A stretch of 63,425 nucleotides of DNA, filler included, from Octopus bimaculoides (taxonomy: Eukaryota): the NCBI RefSeq assembly GCF_001194135.2. It is 8 parts of 8 records of this genome, joined end to end, with 100 filler letters (N's around TTAATTAATTAA, not from the genome) between each part and the next. Parts side by side here need not be neighbours in the genome. Positions count along the whole stretch, not along the records: positions 9,963 to 27,808 come from NC_068999.1; 7 more parts are not named here. One strand, given 5' to 3'. Shown here one piece after another: positions 13,113 through 25,477 of this stretch. Positions within the stretch are counted from its first letter, which is position 1. Each line of letters opens with the position of its first letter. Position numbers and translations under genes: made by a program. A model generated the notes under the pieces. The model did not search any database. It had not been told where the DNA came from and saw only the letters and a program-made list of their open reading frames with translations.

Positions 13113-16100
13113 TACATATATACATGCCAGCTGTCCACTCGGCGGACACGTGTGGACAGCTGTCATTCATGTATATATGCATATATGAATATATGTACTC
13201 ATGCATGCATGTACATGTGTATGTATGTATGCATGCTTCTTCTATCTATGTGGGTGAAGGATGTAAAAGTTGATAGAAAGACGGAGCTATTGAAACTAAG
13301 TCCTTTGCACGAGTTAAAAACACTCCCATGTCACTCTGCCCATTAGTAATCCAAAGCAATTGGCTAATGGGAGAACTGTAACCAACGACGGTATTATCAA
13401 TAAACACAGAGAGATATAAAACAACGATAAAACCGTAAATCAACAGGTATAGGTTACTTACGTATGTTGTTAGGCGTTACTAAAAACAGAAATAAAGAGA
13501 TATTTGACAGGTATAAAGTAATAATTTCTTACACAAACACACGGTCACAAAATTTGGGAATAGAGTAAAGTTAATTTAATCAATCCAAATGTTTGACTGG
13601 TACACATTGAATGGACACCGGAAGCACTGTTTCCCCTTTGTGCGCGTGTTGCACAAAATACATTAATGCGACCCTAAAAAGTTAGGTGTCTAAAATGATG
13701 TAATAATAAATAATTAGCATTATTGAAGATAATCTCTTAGCTAAACGTTTCTGTTAAGTTGATCTTTTTAAAAATACTATATTTGCACATCATTCATAAA
13801 ACTCCCCTCCTCTGTTCCAGTTTGTGCAGTAGCCTCACGGCTGCAGCAGAGGTTTGGTGGACAGTATTTACATAAAAGTTTATAAAGTTTTCCAATTCTA
13901 TAGAAAGCTTATCTTGCTGCGTTTTTGTTAAATAGCCAGCTATGTAACATGGTTAATATATATACACCGTTGACAAGCAAGTTACTGCAATTTTTGTCCA
14001 AGATAAAATCTCTTATGGACGTGCTATGCTTAAAAACACAATATATATTGAAAATTGTTTCTAAACGTAGTACACGTATAAGAGATTTTATCTCGGACGA
14101 AAACCGCTGTAACTTGCCTGTCAACACTAAATATGACACATAGACAGCTATTTTAACTTAATACTGTTTCCATTGCGTACACTGGATTATTGTGTGTGCT
14201 TATTTTAAAATACTGATTGAAAATGTCGACTTCAAAATAAGCGAAGTGTGTGGAATATAAAAGAACTATCAGTTAATTTAAAGTGCAATACCTCGAATAA
14301 ACTTATAGAAACCGCTGCACTGAAGACTCATAAAGTCATGAACATTCTGCTACAAAGAAATATTTATGTATTATTCAGAAACTGGAGTTAACTGTTTATG
14401 ATGTCATGATTTTACAGTTGCAGAAGTTGTTGGTGAAAAGAAGATAGATGCTATTTGAAACTTCAACCTTTTGAAGCATCATTTGTCGAGTAAATCGCAT
14501 TTGGACGGTATAAAAAAATCAGAGAGCAAAACCTATCATCACTCGTTAAAGGAAGGTTATGATGACATTTGTACTTCAAAATGAAGTTTTATAACCTCTC
14601 AAAGTTAATCAGCATCGAGGGAAAATCTTGTGCAGATTGTGAGTGAGGTTTTGGTATAATGTCTCAACTCAAAAGTATGTTAAGAAACAGTTTAGGTTAA
14701 TGTCATTTGGATATTGCTAATGAGAATAAATAGCTAAATCGAATGGAAGTTGCATTAATCTATGCAAAGTTTACAAAAAATGAGTAAATGTCAAAGAAGA
14801 GATTAATGAAGTGAGTGACTTAAATGTGTATGTTATTCTGTATAATGTTTTATAAACACACGTAAGCTATACTGTGTGAAAATGTTTATATTAAGTAACT
14901 GGATAATTTGTCAACAAGCTTTAAATGGAATGAGTTTCAATTTAACCATTTTCAGCAAATTTAATAATAATAATGACCAATGAATTTGAAGAGTGTTATT
15001 GGTTATTAACTTATTTTGACATTCCTCCACATAAAAATTTAGAAAGCTTAGCCATGTTTTTGTTAATGAAGCGTCAAACTGATACGTTACATCGTAGAAT
15101 ACAAACCACTGGCAAAACTCTTACTCTTGTGCAAATGATTTTTTAAAAGGAGGCACAGTGAAATATTTTAAGGAATTTTATTAAAAGAAGATTCACTAAA
15201 CTTTCAAAAACTTTTAAAATTATATTTTCTTTTAATAAAAAATTATAAAAATTCATAATTCTTCTTTTCGCAAAGTTCTTAGACACTGCTAACCATACAA
15301 TAGTTTCGAAAGTTTATTTTATTTGAATTCCCACAAATAAATTTAAATGTATTAAGAAAGAGTTGTAATTTTCCCATATCCTCATTAAAACATGACGATG
15401 CAGTATTGTCATGAAATATAAGCCGTGCTAAAATTACCTTGAAACAATTTCAGTTTATTTTTGTATAAGCATTACGTACTCACTTTATTTACATGAAATA
15501 ACTTGCAAAGATAAAAATGTGCAACAGAATCATTTTGCGTACACTAACAGCTAAAACTTAGAGGAAACCTAACCATGGAGGGTAAAAGGCAAAGTCAACC
15601 TTAACGAAATTAAGCTCTGAACATAACAAATACCACAAAACATTCATCATTTGTGTCAACGTATATGTTTGACTTCATTGATTAATTTTTCAAGCTCATT
15701 CATAATGGAGGCATGTGACTGAGAGATGTTTCGGTGTTTCTTAGGAACGTGATTGCTGAGAGTTAAGTTAATTCACTTCGATCACCAATCAAAACCCGCC
15801 GTAGATTCAGACTTCTAGGGGCTTAGTTCTTAGTACTTGATAATCGATTGTCACCGTATACCATTCAGATATGTTGAACTTGTATCTTCGGAGTCAGGAA
15901 AACATTGACAATTATGTTATTTGACTTTCTCAAGGTAATTAAACCAGTAAAGTACATGAAATTGACTCAACGGAAATCGAAGTCTCCCAGATACGGTTTA
16001 TTTCTGAAAGTTACAGTCAACTATTTTGTTACATATGATGGTCATAAAATATTTGTCTCTGCCTCTGTCTGTTTGCCTGTATCTCTCCGTCTCTCCGTCT

Positions 16101-16158
16101 CTCCCCCTCTCTCTCTATGTATGTATGTATGTGTGTATATGTGAGTGTGCGCGCGCTA

Positions 16159-16189
<31 letters not shown>

Positions 16190-16633
16190 TTAAATTTTCA
16201 CTACCACCTCTATATGCAATATTAATAAAACTACCTTCAACGCCCAAACCACTTCAATCACTGCCATGACCAACCCATGAACTCTTTAATGATCAACAAC
16301 AACAGCGACAATAGTGTGAACAGGATGAACAGTCAAATCTAAAATTTAGAAAATAACATGGGATAATGTGATGCATTTGATACATTTGAAATATTGAATG
16401 AAATGTTTTTGATCTTATGTTAATGGTGTTTGACATTAGACTAAACTTCAACAACAATCAGTTAAAAAGAATACGACCACTGCCACCACCCACAATAACA
16501 TCGCCATCGCCATCATCCAAACTAACGTTACTACCGACCCACAAAATTTTGAAAAACCAAACAGCATCAGTAATAATAGTATCAGCATGACTAAAATGTC
16601 TGTAGCTACACGTGTTTTACGTCAGCACAACGA

Positions 16634-16683
<50 letters not shown>

Positions 16684-17586
16684 TGAATAGTGTGTGGAGG
16701 TTTTATGGGTCAAGACAGAAGTGAAGGTAGCAAAGTACTCATGAATTTGGTAACCTTTCAATTAACTGTATTCATGCAGTACTTCCTCCTTCTTCACTCC
16801 TACACCTTTTCATTTCATTTCCAGTCTTACATTCATAGAAATAAGACAACAATTTTATGCTCTCACAAAATAGTTATTTCTTAGTTCTGTTTTTTACTAC
16901 ATATTTTTTGTGGATAATTGATCATCTCCGTTGTTGAATTAACCTAAAAGTCAAGATGTCTGGAAAGAAGTCATCAATTGGAAGTGCGCGCTATGTGAAA
17001 CCGTAAAAAGATTACACGGCACATTAAACTTGTTATTCGTTAAAATTCTTGATGTAGAAGAAAACACCAACTACATTGACAGAACATTAGGACTTGCAAC
17101 ACTCACAGTAGGAACTATATGCGTCAATAGAGAGAAGATTAAGTCAAGTGCTCAAGAACCGCTCGAACTTTGTTTTCGCATATCTAATGTGATGCTTAAA
17201 ATGGAATGGCTCTTGGGTGTATGAAATGAGGATCAGACTCAATGTAATGTACTGATAAGCACGATGAGATTTAAAAAGAAAAAAAGCTATAAGTTCGTAT
17301 GGAGGTTTACTGTAAAAGCGCTTTAATTTGCACAACAAATTTGCCAGTACTGTTACAGAGGCTGCTGTTCAATGCCCTAAGTATCTGAAAAAAATTATTG
17401 TTAAAGAGGCCTACATACAACAGCAGTATATAATGTAGATGACATTATATTTTTATTTTGCGAAAAGAAAAAGATGACTAAGATTTAAAGCTTCCATAAA
17501 TCGTTTGACATTTCATCTTTAAGGTAATGCCGCTTGTAATATGAAATTAAGATCCGCCTACTCGTCTATCATTGCGAAAATCCAAG

Positions 17587-19083
17587 GGTTTGCGGTTGGC
17601 CTCCTGGAGAGACAGGATGATGCCATCAGACGGCGACGTCGGACACTGGACCGACGAACCAGTTAAATTGCTCGGGGTCTGATTTGGTCCCGAACTCCAG
17701 GTTGATAAGAACTGAGACGAGGTGGCGAACAGGGTGGTCAGTCTTACCCAGAAATGGGTTGAGAAGAAGCTGTCCTTGGAAGGTCAGGCAGAAGTGGCGA
17801 ATGCTTACATCGACTCCGTTATCATTTATCGCCTGGCCGTCGTGCCTTGTCCCGGTTACTGCTTGATCAGGCTGGGGCGTAACTTATTTAAATTCTTGTG
17901 GAAGGGATGTGTTCCAATGGTCAGGTGGTCAGTCTGTTGCCAACATCCTCTGAGTGGCAGATTAGGTATGCCGTGGCTCCTAATGCGCAAACACGTTCTT
18001 AGGTTACGCTACCTACAACGATTTCTGGACGGTGTGTGTGTGTGTGGACTCCGTCTGTGAGGCTCGTCCCCTTGACAGAGCTGCAGTCCTAAGTGAAGAA
18101 TATACTGAGACTGGGCGCATGGCACCTAGAATGTCGTCAGGCGCTCACAGCCCTCTACAAGTTGGGAAATGGGATTTATGGATGTTCTGCTTCAGAAGTT
18201 TATAGAGGATTAGTGGCGGGGGAGTTAGACGACGCTCTCGGGGAGACTTTCCGGTCTGGAACTATCATGGATAATTTCCAGATGCTATTGGCTTGGCAGT
18301 GCTACAGTGGGTGGGGTGGGGGCGTTACCGGTTCGAGATAAACTCTACAGGCATGAATGTGCTGTCACACAGGCTTGTCTGAGGTGCGTGCAGAATGACG
18401 AAACCGTTCTGAACGCCCTCGTTTAGTGTCCAGGTATTGCTGACTTGTGGGGTTATGTCGAACAGCTGCTGTCATGTGTGGGTCAGATCCGTCTGTCAGC
18501 CAAGTCTGTAAGGATGATCGCACCACCACTCTCCTTCAATCGAGCAGGCAAGGCAGTTTTCCTTTGCCTGGTGGCTGTGGAAAAAGAGGTTGTTTGGTGG
18601 ACAAGGCTGAAAGGCATGAAGGACAGAAACATTCCTCTTTGGTAGAGTTCTCATTAACTTCTTCAAGTTTCACTTGAAAAGGAAATTGAGAGTGGAGAGG
18701 GAAGTGCTGTCCTCGAATGAGTTTATTGAAAGGTGGGTGAAGGTTGAAAAAATGGCAAGAGGGGATAGTACCTCTCTAAGTGTAGTTGGAGAGGAACTGG
18801 AGAGGCCACTTACTCCTAGGGTTTCAGGGAAATCTTGAACAGTAGGTTTCTTCGATTATCTCTAGAGGCTTTCCTGTATCAGGAGGCACATCTCTATCAA
18901 CCTCCTCCCCACTTTTTTTTAAACCTCTGTATGCTATGCATATACCCCTTCTTTTTCAGTGTATCCCGTGTATACTTACTTTCTTCCATTTTTTTTTATC
19001 ATTTCATTATATGTAACCCCCCACCACACTTTATGCTTCTCTTTGTATTACTTCCCTCATCCTTCGCACTTGTAGCAAATAAA
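17587..19083 (+). mobile_element. 5'-truncated Tx1/L1-clade LINE (RT end, C-terminal region, CCHC knuckle, 3' UTR)
   Basis: Motifs VKLLGV*FGP, KLSLEGQAEVANAYI, FKFLWKG...LGMPWL...LRLRYLQRFL and CLRCVQNDETVLNALV*CP, then a pyrimidine-rich tail ending in AATAAA (19078-83). Confidence 0.85.
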
Positions 19084-19107
19084 TGAAATCATTATTAATA
19101 TTATAAA

Positions 19108-19681
19108 GGCGGTGAGCTGGCAGAATCATTAGCACGCCGGGAAAAATGCTTAGCGTCATTTCGTCTGTCTTTATGTTCTGAGTTCAAATTCAGCCGAGGT
19201 CAATTTTGCCTTTCATCCTTTCGGAGTTGATAAATCAAGTAGCAGTGAAACACTGCGATTGATGAAAACTCTCCCCCAAAATTTCAGGCCTTGTGCCTTT
19301 ACGAAGGAAGGATGGATGGATGGATCGATCGATCGATCTTTGCCTTTCATCATTTTGGGGTCGATGAAATAAATACCAGTTACGCTCTGCGATTGATATA
19401 ATCGACTAGTTTCCTTCCCTCGCATTTCAGGCCTTATGCTTATAATGGAAAGGATTATTATTATAGTGAAGACGGCGAGCTGGCATAAGCGTTAGCACAC
19501 CGGGCAAAATGCTTAGCGTCATTTCGTCCATCTTTACGCTCTGAGTTCAAATAACTCCGCTGTCGAATTTTCCTTTTATTCTTTCAGGGTCGATAAATTA
19601 AGTACCAATTGAGTACTGGGGTCGATGTAATTGATTCACACTTTCTATCAAAATTGCTGGCCTTGCATAAAAATTTGAAAC

Positions 19682-19690
<9 letters not shown>
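19108..19690 (+). mobile_element. Three tandem copies or fragments of the GGCGGCGAGCTGGCAGAA SINE family
   Basis: Heads at 19108 and ~19470, 3' fragment at ~19338-19465. Other fragments at ~3965-4130 (-), 4678-4805 (+), 29823-29927 (-) and 42438-42620 (+). Confidence 0.75.
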
Positions 19691-19717
<27 letters not shown>

Positions 19718-20324
19718 TTTGACATTCACGTATTCATGAAGAAACTACATTGCTCAGAAGCAAGGAATGTCATCTGCCAGTGGTTGCGATATGGAGTAAA
19801 AATAGTGTAAATAGAGAATAAATACAGTGTAAATAAAGATTAAATGAAGAAATGCATTTCGTAAAACTAGGACCAGTCTAGAATAACTCGCTTTAGTTGT
19901 ATGTTTATATGAAGTCCTGCCACTAGATAAGAAAACAAACTACATGGTCTTAAATACATGGTAAGTACACATTGACAAAAAGTCTGATTTACTACAAAAC
20001 GAATAAACTTGGGCTTTCTATCCCTGTGGTAGATGCGAAAATATTATATTAAATTCTCATTGAGTATCTGACTATATTTCTTCTCTTAAAGTGGGTGGCC
20101 TTGTACTAAAAAGTATCAATTATATATACTGTTATTGTTTCAATCTTATAATAATTCTGCTTGTCATTCCTTTACTTAACCCGTCGGTAACGCTTTCACG
20201 TCATTAGAGAAAAAGGAGAGAAAAAAGTGGGAGAGAGAAGTTGAAGGGAAAGAGAGGAAAAAGAAAAAGGAGAGAGAAAAAGAGGATAAGGTCATGAGTG
20301 AGACAGAAAGAGGGAGAGAAAAAA

Positions 20325-20413
20325 GGAGAGAGAAAAAGACGGAGAGAGAAAAAGACGGAGAGAGAAAAAGACGGAGAGAGAAAAAGACGGAGAGAGAAAA
20401 AGACGGAGAGAGA
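20325..20413 (+). repeat. 16-bp minisatellite (GACGGAGAGAGAAAAA) x5
   Basis: GAC recurs at 20338, 20354, 20370, 20386 and 20402. Confidence 0.85.
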
Positions 20414-20689
20414 AGCGTCTATGACGTGAGGTAGGAGGAACGTAATATTCATTACATGGTTAAAAGAGTTAGTTGAAGGTCGTGATGATATAGACGAAGA
20501 GAGTTAAAAATATATTTTAGCAGAGAGGTGATGTTCTGATGATGAAGTTAAAGAAAGACGAGAGAGAGAGGGGGAGGGGGAGTTGGTGGTGGGGGGTGCG
20601 CATAAGTGAGTGCAATTCCGTGAAATATTCACGCTTATTTACGTACCAGATATATGCAATTTAACTAAAGGTTGTATCATATGTACGGG

Positions 20690-21625
20690 ATATTTTTTTT
20701 ATGGGGAAAATGGAAAAATAAAAGTGAATATTTATTTATAAGTGCTGTGTATTAAGTCTATAAAATTGTACATAAAGTATATAAGGTGTATTCAGTTATC
20801 ATTGTATTCCAATTTCATTCACTTTTCTATGAGTAGTAGATAAGCGACTATTTTTCCATACAGCTAGTTAATAATAGCTTACTAACGCACATCTGTAGTC
20901 TGTGGCAGCTAAGTTACAGCTCATAGCAGAACTTAGTACTTTGATGTCGCTGTTTCATGTCACCAATCTCTAGTAAAATTATCGTCTTCCTCAGCTAAAA
21001 TATCGCAGATACTCCATAGTCATACTTGATAATAAATACTGAGCAATACATTAGATTTGTGTGAGTGTGTTAGTGTGCGTAGGTGTGAGTAAATGTATAT
21101 GGGCATTATATAATACGCATATATATTTACACACACACTCACGTACACACACATACACACTAACACACTCACAAATCTAATATATTGCTCAGCATTCATT
21201 ATCAAGTACGACTATGGTGTAATGGTGTACCTGCGATATTGGTGACGTGAAACAGCATAATCAAAGTACTAAGTTCTGCTATGAGCTGTAACTTACCTAC
21301 CACAGACTTCAAATGTGCGTTAGTAGGATATTATTAACTAGCGGGACCTGTGAATATTTCACGGAATTAATGGTAAACTTATTGGGTTATTTCTGAAAAC
21401 TTTATCCAAAAAACTTGAAAGTGTAGCCTGTGTTGTATCTGCATAGAAAGACAGTCGCTCATCTGCTGCTCATTGAAAAGTGAAAGAAACTGGAATACGA
21501 TGATAACTTAATACACTTTATATATACACTTTATATACTTTACGCACAATTTTATTGCCTTAATACACAGCACCTATAAGATAAATATTCACTCTTCCTT
21601 TTCCATTTCCCCACTAAAAATGTAT
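20690..21625. repeat. ~0.9-kb imperfect palindrome centred at 21109/21110
   Basis: The arms pair block by block, e.g. 21039-77 with 21156-92, 20851-20965 with ~21240-21342, and 20697-20756 with 21560-21620. The centre is ATTATATAAT. Confidence 0.85.
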
Positions 21626-21859
21626 ATGAGCGCGTCTGTATTCATGTATATATGTATCTTTGTTTTTATGCTTTCTTCTTGGAGTTCAACCTGGTCGCAA
21701 ACAAAGGGACAAGGTTTTTTTTTTTAGGTAAGACGACTTATGCTCTGTGTGAAAATGTCTATTTAACATTTAGGTATCGGTGTGTGTGTGCGCGCGTTAT
21801 GTGTGTGCCTCATTACTTTTTACATATGTGTATTTGTGGGTGCATACAACCAATGCAGA

Positions 21860-22776
21860 TACGGAGTGCATTCAAAAAGTATCAGACTTTATTTTTTCCC
21901 TTCAAACTAATGCCAGGTGGGCAAAATCATTTGGCTAGAAAGTGACGTCACCCTTCCTGCGCACGCTTGAAAGTTTTCGCTTTGATAGGCTGCGCCAGTT
22001 CCCGGCTGTCACACCTAGAGTACAAGCGTGTAGTGCGTGTTCGTAGGATTTTCGTTTTCACCGAACACATGGAGCAGAGATATTGCGTCAAGTTTATATA
22101 AAAGCTTGGTGATACTCAAGTTCAAACCATCCAGAAGATTCAGCAGGCCTTTGGCGATGATGCCAAGAGCAAAACTCAGATCAAGGAGTGGTACAACCGC
22201 TTCAAGCACGGCCGCGCCTCAGTGGAGAGCGAGACACTCTCAGGCATGCCATCCACCAACCGAAACAAGGAGCGAACAGTCATGGAAGATCGTCTTATAA
22301 CAATACAGGAAATTGCTCACGAAGTGGGAGTAAGCACAGGATCATTGCATTTCAGTTTAACGGAGGATTTGTGCATGCGAAGAGTGTTGGCGAAATTCAT
22401 CCCCAAGATGCTGGCGGACCAGGAGAAGCAACTCCGCATTGAAATCACTGAGGATATGCTGGACTGTGCAAGCCACGACTCATACTTCATAAAGACCATC
22501 ATCACTGGTGATGAGACATGGGTTTATGGTCTCTGCTTGATACGTTCGGTCAAATTACGTGTAAACGGAAATCCGACTAGCGCGCACCACACTTTTATAC
22601 TCTAGATGTAGTACTCTAAGCGTATTCTAACCGGGAAATGATGCATCCTACCGGCGCGAAAATGTTCGCGTATATGAAGGAAAGGTGAATTCACCTCCAA
22701 GCCAAAGGATTTTGCCTATGCGGCATTAATTTTGACAGGAAAAATAAAGTCAAATACTTTTTGAACGCACCTTATA
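21860..22776 (+). mobile_element. Mariner element with TIRs and TA target duplications; transposase truncated after the first catalytic D
   Basis: Left TIR TACGGAGTGCATTCAAAAAGTATCAGACTTTATTTTTTCC matches the reverse complement of 22738-22776. From ATG 22069: MEQRYCVKFI*KLGDTQVQTIQKIQQAFG..IKEWYNRFKHG..RVLAKFIPKML..IITGDETWVYG (to 22530). Confidence 0.92.
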
Positions 22777-22869
22777 CTCATTTAAAGTATCTCAGGCAAA
22801 GAATCTTTAGGACGTCATACAAGTTCTACAGATACGCAAATAGACTGTCGACAATCTTTTTTGTTCGGT

Positions 22870-23200
22870 TGACTATGACATAAAGGCATTTATCTTGCCC
22901 AAACTATTTCTATGGTCTGTGAGAAAGCTGTGACGTGTTCTAACTGCTTTGATGGTGTTCATGTTACCAAGATAAAGCTTTAGGTCATCAACAAAAAATG
23001 TGTGGGTGATATTAATTTTATTATTTTCTGTATATCTCAGCATATAGCCTTGGCATTTCGTTAACAGGGCTGACAAAGAGTTCACTGTCAGTACAAACAT
23101 TACAGATAAACTATCACCCTGAAATATTCCCGCTGATAACCTAATTCCTTTTGTGCTGTTTCAGTTGTTAGGGATCAATGTGTGAACCATGTGATTAGTC
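22870..23200 (-). mobile_element. Non-LTR retrotransposon RT fragment (R4/Dong-like)
   Basis: Minus strand reads GIFQGDSLS..FVLTVNSLSALL..ITHTFFVDDLKLY, then frameshifted FGQDKC. Clade assignment is from motif memory. Confidence 0.75.
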
Positions 23201-23973
23201 TTTCAACGACATTAATGAGTGCAGTTGGTACTTTGGCAAGGTATAGCGATTCTAGTACCCTTGGATGAAGCACAGTCAAATGCCTGCTTGTTTTCTATGT
23301 ATGTATGTATGTATGTATGTATGTATTCATGCATGCATGTATGTATATATACAGATTTGTATGCTTTGTTTTATGTATGTAGTCTCATGCATATAGTTGC
23401 ATGTCTAGATATGCTCATATATATATATATATNNNNNNNNNNNNNNNNNNNNNNNNNNNNNNNNNNNNNNNNNNNNNNNNNNNNNNNNNNNNNNNNNNNN
23501 NNNNNNNNNNNNNNNNNNNNNNNNNNNNNNNNNNNNNNNNNNNNNNNNNNNNNNNNNNNNNNNNNNNNNNNNNNNNNNNNNNNNNNNNNNNNNNNNNNNN
23601 NNNNNNNNNNNNNNNNNNNNNNNNNNNNNNNNNNNNNNNNNNNNNNNNNNNNNNNNNNNNNNNNNNNNNNNNNNNNNNNNNNNNNNNNNNNNNNNNNNNN
23701 NNNNNNNNNNNNNNNNNNNNNNNNNNNNNNNNNNNNNNNNNNNNNNNNNNNNNNNNNNNNNNNNNNNNNNNNNNNNNNNNNNNNNNNNNNNNNNNNNNNN
23801 NNNNNNNNNNNNNNNNNNNNNNNNNNNNNNNNNNNNNNNNNNNNNNNNNNNNNNNNNNNNNNNNNNNNNNNNNNNNNNNNNNNNNNNNNNNNNNNNNNNN
23901 NNNNNNNNNNNNNNNNNNNNNNNNNNNNNNNNNNNNNNNNNNNNNNNNNNNNNNNNNNNNNNNNNNNNNNNNN

Positions 23974-24343
23974 GGCTGAATTTGAACTCAGAACATAAAG
24001 ACAGACGAAATGACGCTAAGCATTTTTCCCGGCGTGCTAATGATTCTGCCAGCTCACCGCCTTTATAATATTAATAATGATTTCATTTATTTGCTACAAG
24101 GGCGAAGGATGAGGGAAGTAATACAAAGAGAAGCATAAAGTGTGGTGGGGGGTTACATATAATGAAATGATAAAAAAAAATGGAAGAAAGTAAGTATACA
24201 CGGGATACACTGAAAAAGAAGGGGTATATGCATAGCATACAGAGGTTTAAAAAAAGTGGGGAGGAGGTTGATAGAGATGTGCCTCCTGATACAGGAAAGC
24301 CTCTAGAGATAATCGAAGAAACCTACTGTTCAAGATTTCCCTG
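23974..24343 (-). repeat. Inverted near-identical copy of 18825-19195
   Basis: 370 vs 371 bp. By manual comparison it differs by one substitution and one homopolymer base. Confidence 0.9.
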
Positions 24344-24888
24344 TATGCATGTGTTTATGCATACTATATCCTTTTTCACTATCGCCTTTACGTTATTTTC
24401 ATAATTGTAAACGTTTCTTTTGATGTAACTTCCATTTTCCGAGTTCACCTGTACCAACATATAACCTTCTTAAAACTACGGAAGTATTCTAAGTAAATGA
24501 AACTTCATATTTTTATCTCTTTCAGTTATGATTTGTGACAGCCTGTTTATCACATCAAGCTTTTCTTCTTATCATTATTTTCAACGTTGTGAGTACTTTA
24601 AATTTAATTATCCCTCTAAATCTAACATTCTCCTGAAAAAGTGAAACAGTGGCCGTAAAATTAATTGGGCGGTAGTTTTCATAGTTATTTTGCTGAAACA
24701 GTCATAAAGGAATGAAACGATTTAAACAATTTTCTTTGTTCTTTTTCAATTTTACCTGTAAATGTGCGTGTGTAATCACATACATACATACATAGACACA
24801 TACGTTCGGTGTGTCTTGTTTATGTATGTTTAGACTATTCTATTTTTTATGGTATGTATCCTTAACTGCGCATGCATTTGCATCTGTA

Positions 24889-24944
<56 letters not shown>

Positions 24945-25460
24945 TGCATGTGTGTACTCGTCTCTATGTGTTATGCATGTGTGTTTTGTGTGTATATATG
25001 GGTTGCTTCCTGTACTGTTTGTATTCGTGCCATTTATATATATATATATNNNNNNNNNNNNNNNNNNNNNNNNNNNNNNNNNNNNNNNNNNNNNNNNNNN
25101 NNNNNNNNNNNNNNNNNNNNNNNNNNNNNNNNNNNNNNNNNNNNNNNNNTTATTTATTTATTTATTCATTTACTAAATTATCTCTCCATTTTACTCCATT
25201 CCATCTTAAGTATGTGTATGTGTGTCTTTTGTGTGTGTGTGTGTATTTGGGTTAATGTATTACGCTACTTGAATCTGTCTGTATGTCTCTCATTATTTTT
25301 TCCTGTTCTGTCTTTAGTCGTCATGTTTTGTAGTGTGTAGGTGGTGGTGGTGGTGGTGGTGGTGGCGGGTGTTATTGTTCCATTCACGTTTCTGTTAAGG
25401 CTCAGTCTGTCTATTACTATGTGTGTGGCCGCTATAATTTAAGTGTCGTGTTTGCTAGTT

Positions 25461-25477
25461 CGCCGCCAGGGGTTGCA
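25461..25477 (+). promoter_or_regulatory. CTCF-like motif
   Basis: CGCCGCCAGGGGTTGCA compared with the consensus core CCACCAGGGGGCGC. Motif-only support. Confidence 0.35.

Noticed and set aside
15793-15815. AACCCGCCGTAGATTCAGACTT resembles miR-100/miR-10
   Set aside because: The seed is broken by extra bases, I see no hairpin, and it sits in degenerate SINE-like sequence.
20176-20463. TTAA-flanked segment with inverted TCACGTCAT motifs (piggyBac-like MITE?)
   Set aside because: The terminal sequences do not form a convincing TIR pair.
23256-23270. TACCCTTGGATGAAG = YPWMK, a Hox hexapeptide match on the + strand
   Set aside because: An in-frame TAG lies immediately upstream, there is no convincing acceptor or donor, and it runs into microsatellite and repeat DNA. 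Probably chance.
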